Notes: generated from the sequence alone by a model not told the origin. Shown: positions 41,004-50,761, counted from the first letter of the stretch. The stretch: 64,000 nucleotides of DNA from an uncultured Verrucomicrobiae bacterium (GCA_963813025.1 CAWEXO010000004.1:1-64000), one strand, 5' to 3'. Numbers and translations are program-made.

Positions 41004-41719
41004 AAACGATTGAAAATCTCGCGGTAAAGATCTTTGCGGACGGCGCGGATCGAGCTGGAATGATCAGCCTCTATCGCAATCCGTTGATCAAAGGTCTGAC
41101 AACTAATCCTACCTTGATGCGCAAGGCAGGCGTTCAGGATTTTGAGCGGTTTGCCCGACAAATTCTCGAGACTGTTCGGGACAAACCGATTTCCTTTGAG
41201 GTCTTTTCGGATGACTTCGCGGAGATGAAGAGGCAGGCGCTGAAGATTCGGGATTGGCAACGGAATGTTTTCGTAAAGATCCCGGTGACGAATTCCCACG
41301 GCGATTCCTCCATTCCGCTGATCCAAGAGTTGGCGCGGGAAGGTGTGCAACTGAATATCACGGCAATCCTGACTTTGCGCCAGGTGAAGGAGGTAACCAC
41401 CGTCCTCGCTTCCGAGGTAGCAGCGGTGGTGTCGGTCTTCGCAGGTCGCGTCGCTGATACCGGACGCGACCCGGCTCCAATCATGCGGGCGAGCAAGGCG
41501 CTGCTCGCAGACTTGCCGCGGGCCGAGCTTCTTTGGGCGAGCGTGCGCGAAGTTTTGAACATCGTGCAGGCCGACGAGTGCGGCAGTGACATTGTCACGG
41601 TTCCACACGATATTTTGAACAAGGCACAAAAGCTGATTGGACAAGACTTGGACGCGCTCTCTGTTGACACCGTCCGGATGTTCGCGCGAGACGCTCGCGA
41701 GGCCGGTTTTATCTTGTAA
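41000..41719 (+). CDS. tal: Transaldolase (short type)
   Basis: IFADGAD, TTNPTL, VKIP, SVFAGR, LWASVRE. Confidence 0.85.
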   Translation: MKTIENLAVKIFADGADRAGMISLYRNPLIKGLTTNPTLMRKAGVQDFERFARQILETVRDKPISFEVFSDDFAEMKRQALKIRDWQRNVFVKIPVTNSHGDSSIPLIQELAREGVQLNITAILTLRQVKEVTTVLASEVAAVVSVFAGRVADTGRDPAPIMRASKALLADLPRAELLWASVREVLNIVQADECGSDIVTVPHDILNKAQKLIGQDLDALSVDTVRMFARDAREAGFIL

Positions 41720-41988
41720 GCGTTTTCACGTTTCCGGTTTCGCGTTTGTGACGGGAGAAGGGTTTTCCTGTGATTAATCTACGAGGAGCTGAACAGTTTG
41801 ATTTGAAGATTCACTGGCAGAGTGGGCGTGTCGGACATTGGAAATCTGTAGTACGCCATCAAGCGATTGATCGCGCGAGAGTTAGAGACCGTCTCAGAAC
41901 GCCGCTCTGCCCTACCGGCGCAGGACCAAGGACGCGTTGGGACCTCCCTCTAACGTGTCAAGCGTTGCAAGACATTTTCCAGGAAATC

Positions 41989-43590
41989 TTACAGTTCAAC
42001 GATGTCCAAGAGCACGACTCCGGATCGACTGATTGTATGCAATGTATGCCCCCAGTCAGGCTCCGTCTGCTGTCTTTGACGGCGTAAGCTTAAATAGATT
42101 CTTGGCGCTTCTCCTGCTATCGCCCGCCGCAATCTCACGGCCGGCTGGGGTGGTGCCAACATGAAATAATCGGTTAGCTCTGGCAACGCATTCGAAGAAT
42201 AAATGATTTCCGACACTCCGGAGGGTCGGTAATATTCGCGCACCCAGATTGCTGCCTCGCGAAAGGCAGTACCCCAATATTCCAGCTCAAATTGTCTATT
42301 TGCTTGTGCTAATCCTCCTGCAACCAGCCGATTGAAGTAAATATACTCATAAGGATGCAGCGCGCGCATATCCATTATCGTTACTAGGACCAGAAACAGA
42401 TAGAGCCCCAACGTTACCGTCTGAACTGTCCTGTTCCTAACCACTTCCAAAAACGTGCATAGACCAAACGCCGCAAGGATTATTAGTGGGGGAATCGTGA
42501 AAAGCACATGTCTGAAATTGTCGTAGAGCGGCACATGCTTTAAGACGATAACCATCAGCGGACCGGCAGCTGCCGCCAAAATTATGCTTACCGCGAGGGA
42601 GTGGCGGTCAAGCACAACCCGCCTTGACAGGACTGCGCGCAGCCCTGAGACCAGGCCCAATAGCCAACTTAGCAGAATGAACTCGGGAAGGCAATTGGTT
42701 AACAGTACTGGCAAATAACCGTAGGGAAGTTGTGTCCACTTAATTAAATGACCTCCAAAAAAGACCGTGCTGTTCCACGGAAAGCTGGAAAACTCCTTTA
42801 GCGCGACAAAGGGAGCGCCGATAAACGGGAGTCCGAAGAATGGTGCTGTGAGATGCCGCTTCCAAGCAAAGGGCCAGCAGAATAGCATAACTAACCACGC
42901 CAGAAAGATGATCGCGACCACATGCGTCGCACCCGCTGTTACGAGATACCTAGCCAACACTCGGCGATCCTTGCTTTTAATATTCCAGAGCACGGAACAA
43001 AAAAGGCTGCCAATTAGAACAGGAAATAACGCGAGAGCAGCAACGCGCATTCCTAGCGCGGCACCCAGAAACACACCAGTTTTGGTCGTATGGCTCCATT
43101 TCAACTCGGGAAAATCGATCGCGATTCGAACAATGTGGCAAAGGCTTAGGACGTAAAGCGCGGCAAATGGGATATCTTTTGGGTTAATGAATTCGTGGCC
43201 GTAGTAGACAGGTGTCAGCGTCAGAAACAGTGCGGAAATAAGCCCAACCATCGGACCGAAAGCTAGTGTTCCGAGCTGAAATGTTGCCCAGACGCCGAGC
43301 AATCCGAAGAGAGCACTTGTTAGATTGCGGCCTTCGAGCCAACCCAGGTGTGTTAAGCGTGTCACGGCTGCCGACAGAAGTTCGAACAAACCTCCGTAAA
43401 GCCGAAGTTCGTGCGTTCGCGCAGCCGCGTTGCGGCCAAGGCTCTCATAGAAATCCAGAACCGCTTTACCGTACTCATGTTGAACCGGTTGGTCCCAGCT
43501 CATGCCGTAATCACCAAAGCTGAGCAAAATCACGACGAGATGGCATGTTAACAAAAGGGCAAATGCCTGATAGATGCGTTTGCTCGACAT
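41989..43590 (-). CDS. ArnT/GT39-like membrane glycosyltransferase
   Basis: DYGMSWDQ, YGGLFE, NPKDIPFA, LYDNFRH, HPYEYIYFN and EYWG; many TM segments. Confidence 0.8.
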   Translation of the reverse strand: MSSKRIYQAFALLLTCHLVVILLSFGDYGMSWDQPVQHEYGKAVLDFYESLGRNAAARTHELRLYGGLFELLSAAVTRLTHLGWLEGRNLTSALFGLLGVWATFQLGTLAFGPMVGLISALFLTLTPVYYGHEFINPKDIPFAALYVLSLCHIVRIAIDFPELKWSHTTKTGVFLGAALGMRVAALALFPVLIGSLFCSVLWNIKSKDRRVLARYLVTAGATHVVAIIFLAWLVMLFCWPFAWKRHLTAPFFGLPFIGAPFVALKEFSSFPWNSTVFFGGHLIKWTQLPYGYLPVLLTNCLPEFILLSWLLGLVSGLRAVLSRRVVLDRHSLAVSIILAAAAGPLMVIVLKHVPLYDNFRHVLFTIPPLIILAAFGLCTFLEVVRNRTVQTVTLGLYLFLVLVTIMDMRALHPYEYIYFNRLVAGGLAQANRQFELEYWGTAFREAAIWVREYYRPSGVSEIIYSSNALPELTDYFMLAPPQPAVRLRRAIAGEAPRIYLSLRRQRQQTEPDWGHTLHTISRSGVVLLDIVEL

Positions 43591-44143
43591 GGCTCATTTC
43601 GGGTCAAAGTAGCCCTTAATCTTGTTGTTACCGCCGGCTTTGGTCGAGAAGATTATCAGCGCTGCCAGTGCTAGTGCCAGTGTGAGTTGAAGACTCTTTG
43701 CGTCCGGTTTCGCGTTTGTGCGGGAGAAGGGTGGCGGACTAGGTCGCGTGTCTTAGCGATTTCTTTGCGCACAGAGGTAACGGAGCACACAGAGGGCGCC
43801 TTAGCCGTTGATCGGGCTTTGATGCCACTCGTAAGCTGCGCTTTCGCCAAAATAAGAAGATAAGAGAGGCGTTAGAGGAGCGCCGCGAATTCTGGCGAAC
43901 CGCTCGTCCTTCGCTAAAGCTTTCGAATCGGTGAAAATCTGTGTTAATCGGTAGTTCACCTTTCTGGTTCGCGTTGTGCGGGTAGGACAAGCTTCCAGGT
44001 TGTCAGGTTTCAGGACCGGCAGGATGGATCTGCCAGACTTTTGAGTTATCTGTGGCCCACGCGCTGGAGCTATGGTTCGGAAGGGAGGTTAGAGACTTGT
44101 CCCAACACGTCTTTGATTCTGTGCCGGTAGATACGGTCTTGGA

Positions 44144-44149
44144 TGTCAA
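44144..44149 (-). promoter_or_regulatory. -35 box (TTGACA) of a circle-junction promoter
   Basis: On circularisation TTGACA is followed by 17 nt and then TACCTT (45448-45443). Confidence 0.7.
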
Positions 44150-45156
44150 GGGCATTGCTTTAAGGAATGGCGGGCCAGATTAGGGTTGTAGGGTTGTTGG
44201 TGAGAGAGAACACCGAAGGCGATGTGCAGGAGTTTTCGCATGACGGCACCGCGGATAGCCAGGGAGTGGAGCTTGCGTGACTCGAGACCTGCGGCCCATT
44301 GCTGGATGGGTTTACACCAGCGGCGAGCAACGGCGGCCGGCAAATAGAGTGCTTTGCGCAGGAAAGGGTTGCCGATTTTGCACAGGGTGGTTTTGCCGTA
44401 GAGCGAGACACCGGAACGGAATTCAGAAGGAGTCAGCCCAGCATAGGCCGCCAACTGCCGAGCCGATTGGAACTCTTTACCGGCCAGCTCGGCCAGCAGC
44501 TTGGCGGCCGTGAGCTGGGCAATGCCGGGAATAGAGCACAGCAGTTGGCTTTGGCGGCTTAAAGCCTGATCAGCCGCGACTAAGCCGAAGATGGCCGACT
44601 CCAGCTGAGCGATTTCTTTCTTGAGCTGGGCGAGTCGTTGGCCACGCTGTTGGCTGACAAGCTCGGGCAGCGCAATTGGGTAAGGGTCTTTTTTCACCCG
44701 GTTCTGTTCCCGGATGAGCTCGCCAACCCGGCTTTCGCGCTCCCGCACCAGCAGTTTGAATTCTTCCTCAAGGGGGCGCAGCGGCCGAGTGGCCAGTGGT
44801 TTTCGCTCCAGACAAAACTGGGCAATGATGGCCGCATCAACCCGATCATTTTTGGTGCGGCGCAGGACCGAGAAAGCAAAGTATTTGACTTGGGCGGGAT
44901 TGAGCACGCTGACCGCCAAGCCTGCTTGGTGCAGAGCGGCGATCAATCTCTTCCCGTAGACCCCGGTGGCTTCCAGGGCGAAGTGGATCTGGGAGAGCGG
45001 CCAAGAGCGGGCCTGGAGTTGGGCTAAAAATGCTCCAATGCCGGTCGCATCATTGCTGAACTTTCCCCGCCACAGGCGAGTGCCATTCTTGGAGAGCAGG
45101 CAAAAGTCAAAGCTTGCTTTTGCCATATCAATACCCATGCAGTAGCGTTTTTTCAT
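44146..45156 (-). CDS. IS110-family transposase/recombinase
   Basis: GIDMAK, ALEATG, KNDRVDA, SIPGIA, AYAGLTP.EFRSG, GNPFLRKALY. Confidence 0.95.
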   Translation of the reverse strand: MKKRYCMGIDMAKASFDFCLLSKNGTRLWRGKFSNDATGIGAFLAQLQARSWPLSQIHFALEATGVYGKRLIAALHQAGLAVSVLNPAQVKYFAFSVLRRTKNDRVDAAIIAQFCLERKPLATRPLRPLEEEFKLLVRERESRVGELIREQNRVKKDPYPIALPELVSQQRGQRLAQLKKEIAQLESAIFGLVAADQALSRQSQLLCSIPGIAQLTAAKLLAELAGKEFQSARQLAAYAGLTPSEFRSGVSLYGKTTLCKIGNPFLRKALYLPAAVARRWCKPIQQWAAGLESRKLHSLAIRGAVMRKLLHIAFGVLSHQQPYNPNLARHSLKQCP

Positions 45157-45204
45157 CAGACAGGAATTCGCGTTGAATTGGTTCTTTGTTTGATGAAGCG
45201 CTTG

Positions 45205-45436
45205 GGCGCGCGCCTGCTGACAGAGCCTTGTGAACACGGCTTATGTTCCAACCCTGTTTGGAACGGCCTAAGATACGGTACGGTCTTATGCAGGTGCGGC
45301 ACGAGGAAGGGTGGACTAATCTACCGGACAGGTTCTACCGACCTTTGGGCGAGGCAGTTTCCCACCCTCCTCGGCCAAGTTCTTCACCTCCAGAGTTCCG
45401 CCCTTGCGGGCGGCTTTAAAAGGGAAAAAAATTTGG
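45205..45436 (-). ncRNA. Bridge RNA of IS110 element B
   Basis: 5' hairpin (45399-45414), target loop closed by 45303-45314/45362-45372, donor loop closed by 45210-45217/45290-45297; four guide segments match the target and donor. Ends are approximate. Confidence 0.85.
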
Positions 45437-45490
45437 TGGGGCAAGGTACAAGGGCGAAAACTTGTTTGAGCCGTCTGGAGCGGGTGGCTC

Positions 45491-47034
45491 GGTAGTGTCC
45501 GCTTTTTTGTGTGCGGGTCGATTGGTGCTTTGCTGTTTAACTCCGGGCAAGTTGTTCTGAGGACGTCAGCTCGAGCCGGCGAGACCGCCCTCCAGGCGGT
45601 CGGTCCAGCGCCGGGCGAGCAGTGAGCAACACGCCTTGGTGTTGTTCAAGTCCTCGGCAACAACTTGCCACTTTTCTCTTTTCTTTCTCCATCACAGGCC
45701 GGCTTCCGTTGCCAGAAAGCGCTCGCCAAATTGGATGGCAAACTGGGTGGCCGCCAATTTCCAGGTGATCGGCGGATTTTTCCATTTTTTAGTGATGTTG
45801 CGTAGGGCGAAATAAATCAACTTAGTGGCAGCTTCATCATTGGGAAAATGACCTCTGGTTTTGAGCACCTTGCGCAATTGCATGTGCAAACTTTCGAATC
45901 GCGTTGGTCGTGTAAATGATCCGGCGAATTTCCGTTGGATAAGCAAAAAAGGAACGACTTGGTCCCATACTCTTCGCCAGCCCTGGACCACAGCTGGTAG
46001 TTTTTTACCCAACTCGCTTGCGCAAATTCCTCCAACCGTTTGGCGGCTAGCTCCGCCGTCTCGGCGTTGTAAATCGCTTCAGTTCCCGAGCCACGGGCTG
46101 ATGCTGTTTCCAGTTGCAGAAGGATAGTGAGTTGCGAATCAGATGCACAATACAGGTCTGGATTTGGGTCTCGGAAAAACCGCGGTAATGGCTTCCGGAA
46201 AACCTTTAAGCCCATCGATGACCGCGACCAAAATATCCTCCACCCCGCGATGTTGAAGTTCGTTCATGACCGCTAGCCAGAACTTGGCTCCCTCGGTTTG
46301 CTGGATCCACAGACCCAGCACCTCTTTGGTCCCGTCCCGCTGGATACCCAAGGCGAGGTAAACCGCTTTGTTTTTCACCGTTCCTTCGTCGCGGATTTTG
46401 ACCCTAAAGCGTCAAAGAAGATCACCGGATACATCGTCTCCAGGGGCCGGTTCTGCCACTCCAGCACATCCTCCAGGACCGAATCAGTTACCGTGCTGAT
46501 CAGATCGGCCGAGACCTCCACTTTGTATTGCTCTTCCAGAAGCGCCTTGATCTCCCGCACCGTCATACCTTGGGCGTACATCGCGATGATCTTGGAATCG
46601 CAGCCACCAAAGCGCTTCTGCCCTTTGCGGATGAACTGCGGTTCAAACCTCCGAGAGCCGATCCCGCGATACTCAATCTCTAGCTTTCCATCCTCACTGA
46701 GCAGAGTCTTTTTGCTGGTTCCGTTCCGATGGTTTTCCCGCAGCTGGTCGGCTTCCCGCTTGGGGGCTTGGCCCTTCCCATAACCCAGATAATGGGTCAG
46801 TCTCGGCTCCAAGCACCCGTTCGTACAGGCGCTTGGTAAGTTGCTTCCATGATCCCTCCCGGACCGGTCAAATCTTCCGGCCGCTCGTAGCCCTTCATCA
46901 GCTCTTCAATGATCGCCGGATCGATCTCCGGCTTCCTGCTTTGCTTTCCCTGCTCTGCTTGCTCTTTTTTCTTGGTCACTTCCATCTTCTTATCTCAAGT
47001 TGTGTGACCCACACACAAAATTTAAGACACCCTC
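45491..47034 (-). mobile_element. IS256-family element
   Basis: Imperfect 29-bp TIRs (GGTAGTGTCCGCTTTTTTGTGTGCGGGTC / GAGGGTGTCTTAAATTTTGTGTGTGGGTC); 8-bp duplication GGTGGCTC at 45483-45490 and 47035-47042. Confidence 0.9.
45692..46985 (-). pseudogene. IS256 transposase, multiply frameshifted
   Basis: Fragments [34 protein letters not shown]...[16 protein letters not shown] and TRGHFPNDEAA lie in different frames. Confidence 0.9.
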
Positions 47035-47263
47035 GGTGGCTCACCCAGCGTCCGGCTCAAACAAGTTCTCGCTAATGCTCGAATAAATTTTCGCCCTGCC
47101 GGCACAGGGCAGTGCGGCATTCTGAGACGATCTCTAACTTTCACGCGGCCAATCGCTCGATGGCGTACCGCAGATTCCCAAAGTCCGACACGCTCAGGAT
47201 TCCGGTGTTACTTGAGAGCCACTGGCACTAGCACTCACACTGCCACTGGCACTAATAGTGGCA

Positions 47264-49285
47264 CTAACTCCCCTCCGGCACCTTCAACACCGTTATTCCC
47301 CGATCCACCACTGCCGGCCAGCCCAGTTGCTCCAGAGCAACGCGGAGCGGCGCGGGCGTACCCGGACCGATCAGAATAGCGGTCACTCGATGGGTCGCGC
47401 AAAACGACCGGAGGTTTTCCGCGAAGTTCGGGCTGGGCTGTCCATGGAAGAAGTCTTGAACGCTCGGTAGACCTGCCTCGGCCTCCGGCACTGTCCCGAG
47501 GTAACCACCGGACTGGGTGAATCGCATCCGCGCTTGCAGTTGCCATAGCATGCTGGGCCCGGTCCACCCGTACGGGAGCATGACGACATTCGCGTTCTTT
47601 TTTTCTAGGACGGAATCGATGTGCGCCGGTTCGAAGAAAGGCTCCAGTGGAAGCATTGTCCAGCGGGTCAGGTCGCGATTGGGAAACAGGAAAACACAGG
47701 CCACGACGGCCACTCCCAATCGGAGCCAACCGAGAGCTTCACCTCCTGATTCCCGATTCCTGATTCCTGACTCCTGACTCCTTGCTCCTGGAGTTTCGAG
47801 CCAGATCGCAACCGCGATGGAGGCAAACAAAGCGACATGGAGTGAAAGTCTTATCGGTAAAGCTTGATGAATGAACGGCACCGGAAGGACAAGTCTCCAT
47901 GGCAACCACCAGCCGAGATCGACCCCAGCGACATGCAGCGCCGGCCCCAAACTCAGCACGACGACAATACCCAGGGTAGTGATCAACGCCCGGACCGCCG
48001 GCCGGTCTTTTGCCTGCCAGAACTGGACCGCCAAAAGGAGAATCAGCGGGAAGCCCAGGTAAGAGCCTTGCTCAAGCAAGTTGGCGGTGAACCTGGCCGT
48101 AATGGAAGTTGACTCTCGGTGTCCAAGCTGCGTAACCGAAGTGGGCACAAAGTAGTTCAGCAGATCCGCAGAATAGAACTCCGGATCGTTTAGTTGCAGC
48201 TTGATGTCGGAAAGATCTCGCAAAACGTAAAACAAAAGTGGAGCGGCCAATACCAGCATCACAAACAGGGCCAGACCGATTTCCCAGGCAAGAGCCCGGA
48301 GCTGCCGCCGCGCTGGCGCATCGCCGAACCCGTAAAAGACCAGCCAGGTCAGGGCGCCAATCAGGCAAGTCGTCGCCAGAATTTCGGTAGCGAGCCCGAA
48401 CTGCAACGCCAGTCCCAACCCCAGCAAGAGAATGAATGTCCAGCGCGAAAGCTTTCCCTCGTAGCGTTTGACGACAAGCAGCGAAAAGAGCGGGAGCAGA
48501 AAAACCAGAACTAGATTCAGGTGCCCGAGCAAATGGGCCAGCTCATAGGATGAAAACCCGAATAAATAGCCAGCGATCAAAGACGCCAGGAAACGGCGGA
48601 GCGTTTCACGTTTCACGTTTCGCGTTTCGCGGAGGTTAACCGGCAGGATGCCGGTGCCATTGGCCATTGGCGATCGTCCATCGGCTATTGCGAACGCAAG
48701 AAGATAGGCGGTCCAGGCGGACAACGCCGGCGCGACGAGCGCCAGCAGATTAAAGGCGACCCCCGGTCCCGCCGACAGCGTAATGGGGGTCAACGCGAGC
48801 GCGGCGACGGGCATCGAGGCTGCCCACATCATATTGAATCCGTGCGGATACCAGACGTAATAGCTGATGAACGGGTTCAGGTGATGCTGAATCGCCCAGG
48901 GCCACCAGTGGAGGAACCAGATATATGCCGTCGGATCCGTGCCCTGGCCGAAGTACGCGCGATCGAGAGGGACAGGTCCGAGAAAAAACCAGAAGGAAAG
49001 TCCGAGATAGATAAGGAATGCTGCGGCGTTGAGCAACCCGCGTTTCCGAAAAAGGGGAATCGCGCGAAGCGCGGCAGGTGTCGCAGCAGTGTCAGTTGTT
49101 TGCGATCTGCGATCTGCGATTTCGAACCGACACTGGCACCGGCACCTGACACACCAGGCCACAAAGGTCTCAAAGATATGGTTCACTCTACACCAACATT
49201 GTTTTCTCTTCTTCGTACTGCGGCCGATCAAAATCTTGTTTTTCCGGCAGGATTTTTGTTCATTCGCTCGCGAGAGCGAGAACAA
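47264..49285 (-). CDS. Polytopic membrane protein, GT-C-like glycosyltransferase
   Basis: DPTAYIWFLHWWP, YPHGFNMMW, LFGFSSY...GHLNL, SYLG and GGY motifs; the true start is probably near 49040. Confidence 0.7.
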   Translation of the reverse strand: MFSLSRANEQKSCRKNKILIGRSTKKRKQCWCRVNHIFETFVAWCVRCRCQCRFEIADRRSQTTDTAATPAALRAIPLFRKRGLLNAAAFLIYLGLSFWFFLGPVPLDRAYFGQGTDPTAYIWFLHWWPWAIQHHLNPFISYYVWYPHGFNMMWAASMPVAALALTPITLSAGPGVAFNLLALVAPALSAWTAYLLAFAIADGRSPMANGTGILPVNLRETRNVKRETLRRFLASLIAGYLFGFSSYELAHLLGHLNLVLVFLLPLFSLLVVKRYEGKLSRWTFILLLGLGLALQFGLATEILATTCLIGALTWLVFYGFGDAPARRQLRALAWEIGLALFVMLVLAAPLLFYVLRDLSDIKLQLNDPEFYSADLLNYFVPTSVTQLGHRESTSITARFTANLLEQGSYLGFPLILLLAVQFWQAKDRPAVRALITTLGIVVVLSLGPALHVAGVDLGWWLPWRLVLPVPFIHQALPIRLSLHVALFASIAVAIWLETPGARSQESGIRNRESGGEALGWLRLGVAVVACVFLFPNRDLTRWTMLPLEPFFEPAHIDSVLEKKNANVVMLPYGWTGPSMLWQLQARMRFTQSGGYLGTVPEAEAGLPSVQDFFHGQPSPNFAENLRSFCATHRVTAILIGPGTPAPLRVALEQLGWPAVVDRGITVLKVPEGS

Positions 49286-49811
49286 CGCCCCTCTCTGCGA
49301 CCTTTGGGCGCTTCTGTTAAATGTCTTTGGTAGTCTTATTTTCCTGCCGAGAAATTCGAAGATTTAAAGATCGCCGATGTCACAGCGCGGCGCAGCTGGA
49401 ACCAAAGCGGCCGCGCAGACTCCAGTGACAGGCTGGAAGCCTGTGCCACTTTTCCACGGCTGGGATCTCTGCAGCCTTTTTTACAGAGGCTTTCCGCTTG
49501 CCCTTCGAAGCCGGAATCGATACAGCTTGTTTCCGGGTCAAGGGTCGATCTTCTGTAACAGCTGCGCGGCACGCTTTTCGGCGGCGAGTTTGCCACCTAT
49601 TCCGCGACGGCTTCAATTCAGAACTCGGGTCTGATCACGGGCACGAATGCGCTGCAAATCAGGTTGGGCGCCGTAGCCTTGCGGAGGCGGCCTGCTCGGT
49701 AGGGATGAGCTCCTTGGGCAAGCTCCGGCTTGACCGCAGCGCGGTGGGGCCACCTCTCGATCTGGACGAGCCGGAGCTCATCCCTACCGCAGATAGCTTT
49801 TGCCCTGCACC

Positions 49812-49915
49812 GGTAGGGCGAAAATTTATTTGAGTCGGACCCTTGGGTGAGCCACCCGCTCCAGATCGCTCAAACAAGTCCTCGCCTACCGCTCGAATAA
49901 ATTCTCGCCACTACC
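49812..49915. repeat. Family A repeat, slightly degenerate
   Basis: GGTAGGGCGAAAATTTATTTGAG...CTCGAATAAATTCTCGCCACTACC. Confidence 0.85.
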
Positions 49916-49930
49916 GGCGCACGGTCCAGT

Positions 49931-50761
49931 CTAACCTTTGACCCGGCCCACTAACTGTGCGGGGTTGACCAAACGCAGTGCAAACAGCAGGCAAACCAGA
50001 CTCGTGACCATATAGATCACCGCCATTGCATCTACCGATTGTCCGGCCCGCACCCCCGCCGCAAAAACCGTATAGTAGAGCGCGACAACCAAGGTCTGAC
50101 TATCCGACCCGGCGGTCAGAAAAGTGAGCTCAAACATCGCCATCGTTCGGATTAGCACCAAAAGCCCGGCAGTTAGCATTCCAGGCGTCAGAAGCGGTAG
50201 CAGTACATGGACGAAGAGACGAAAAGTGTTTGCGCCAAAAACGCGAGCGGCCGCCTCCAGCCGAGGATCGATTTGCTCAACAAAAGGAGTCATGACTAAC
50301 ACGACAAAAGGCACGGAAGGCACCAGGTTCGCCAGGATAACTCCGAAGATTGTTCCAGCAAGATGTAATTGGTAAAGGACGGTGGCGAGCGGGATGCCGT
50401 AAGTCATCGGCGGAACAAGCAGCGGCAAGAGAAACAAGAAAAGCAGCGCTCGTCGCAGCCGAAAATTTCGGCGCGCTAAAGCGTAAGCGGCCGGCACACC
50501 CAGGAGTAAGGAAATAGCAACGACCGCAGCCACTACCTGAACTGTGACCAACAGGACAGAGTCGAGCTGGAACTCACTCCAGGCGGAAGCGTACCACCGA
50601 AAGGTAAAGCCGGCAGGCAGCCAGGTCCCCAGCCAGCGCGTCGCGAATGAATTAACCGCGACGGCGGAGATCAGCGCAAAAATGTTAAGAACAAAAAAGC
50701 CGGCTACCAGCCAAACCAGACCAACGCCAAAAGCGGCCAAACTCGGGACACGCGGTTTCAT
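49931..50761 (-). CDS. ABC importer permease (PotC-like)
   Basis: DPRLEAAARVFGAN EAA motif; TM segments. Confidence 0.9.
   Translation of the reverse strand: MKPRVPSLAAFGVGLVWLVAGFFVLNIFALISAVAVNSFATRWLGTWLPAGFTFRWYASAWSEFQLDSVLLVTVQVVAAVVAISLLLGVPAAYALARRNFRLRRALLFLFLLPLLVPPMTYGIPLATVLYQLHLAGTIFGVILANLVPSVPFVVLVMTPFVEQIDPRLEAAARVFGANTFRLFVHVLLPLLTPGMLTAGLLVLIRTMAMFELTFLTAGSDSQTLVVALYYTVFAAGVRAGQSVDAMAVIYMVTSLVCLLFALRLVNPAQLVGRVKG

Larger units (their letters stand above)
44131..45452 (-). mobile_element. IS110-family element B (IS621-like)
   Basis: AG (CT on the minus strand) at both junctions (44129-44130 and 45451-45452); removal restores CCGGTAGGGCGAAAA. Confidence 0.9.
44026..47195. 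mobile_element. Family A composite MITE carrying nested IS110 element B and IS256
   Basis: Left arm 44026-44130 resembles 28127-28229; middle piece 45453-45490; right part 47035-47195; AGGAT on both flanks (44021-44025, 47196-47200). Confidence 0.75.
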
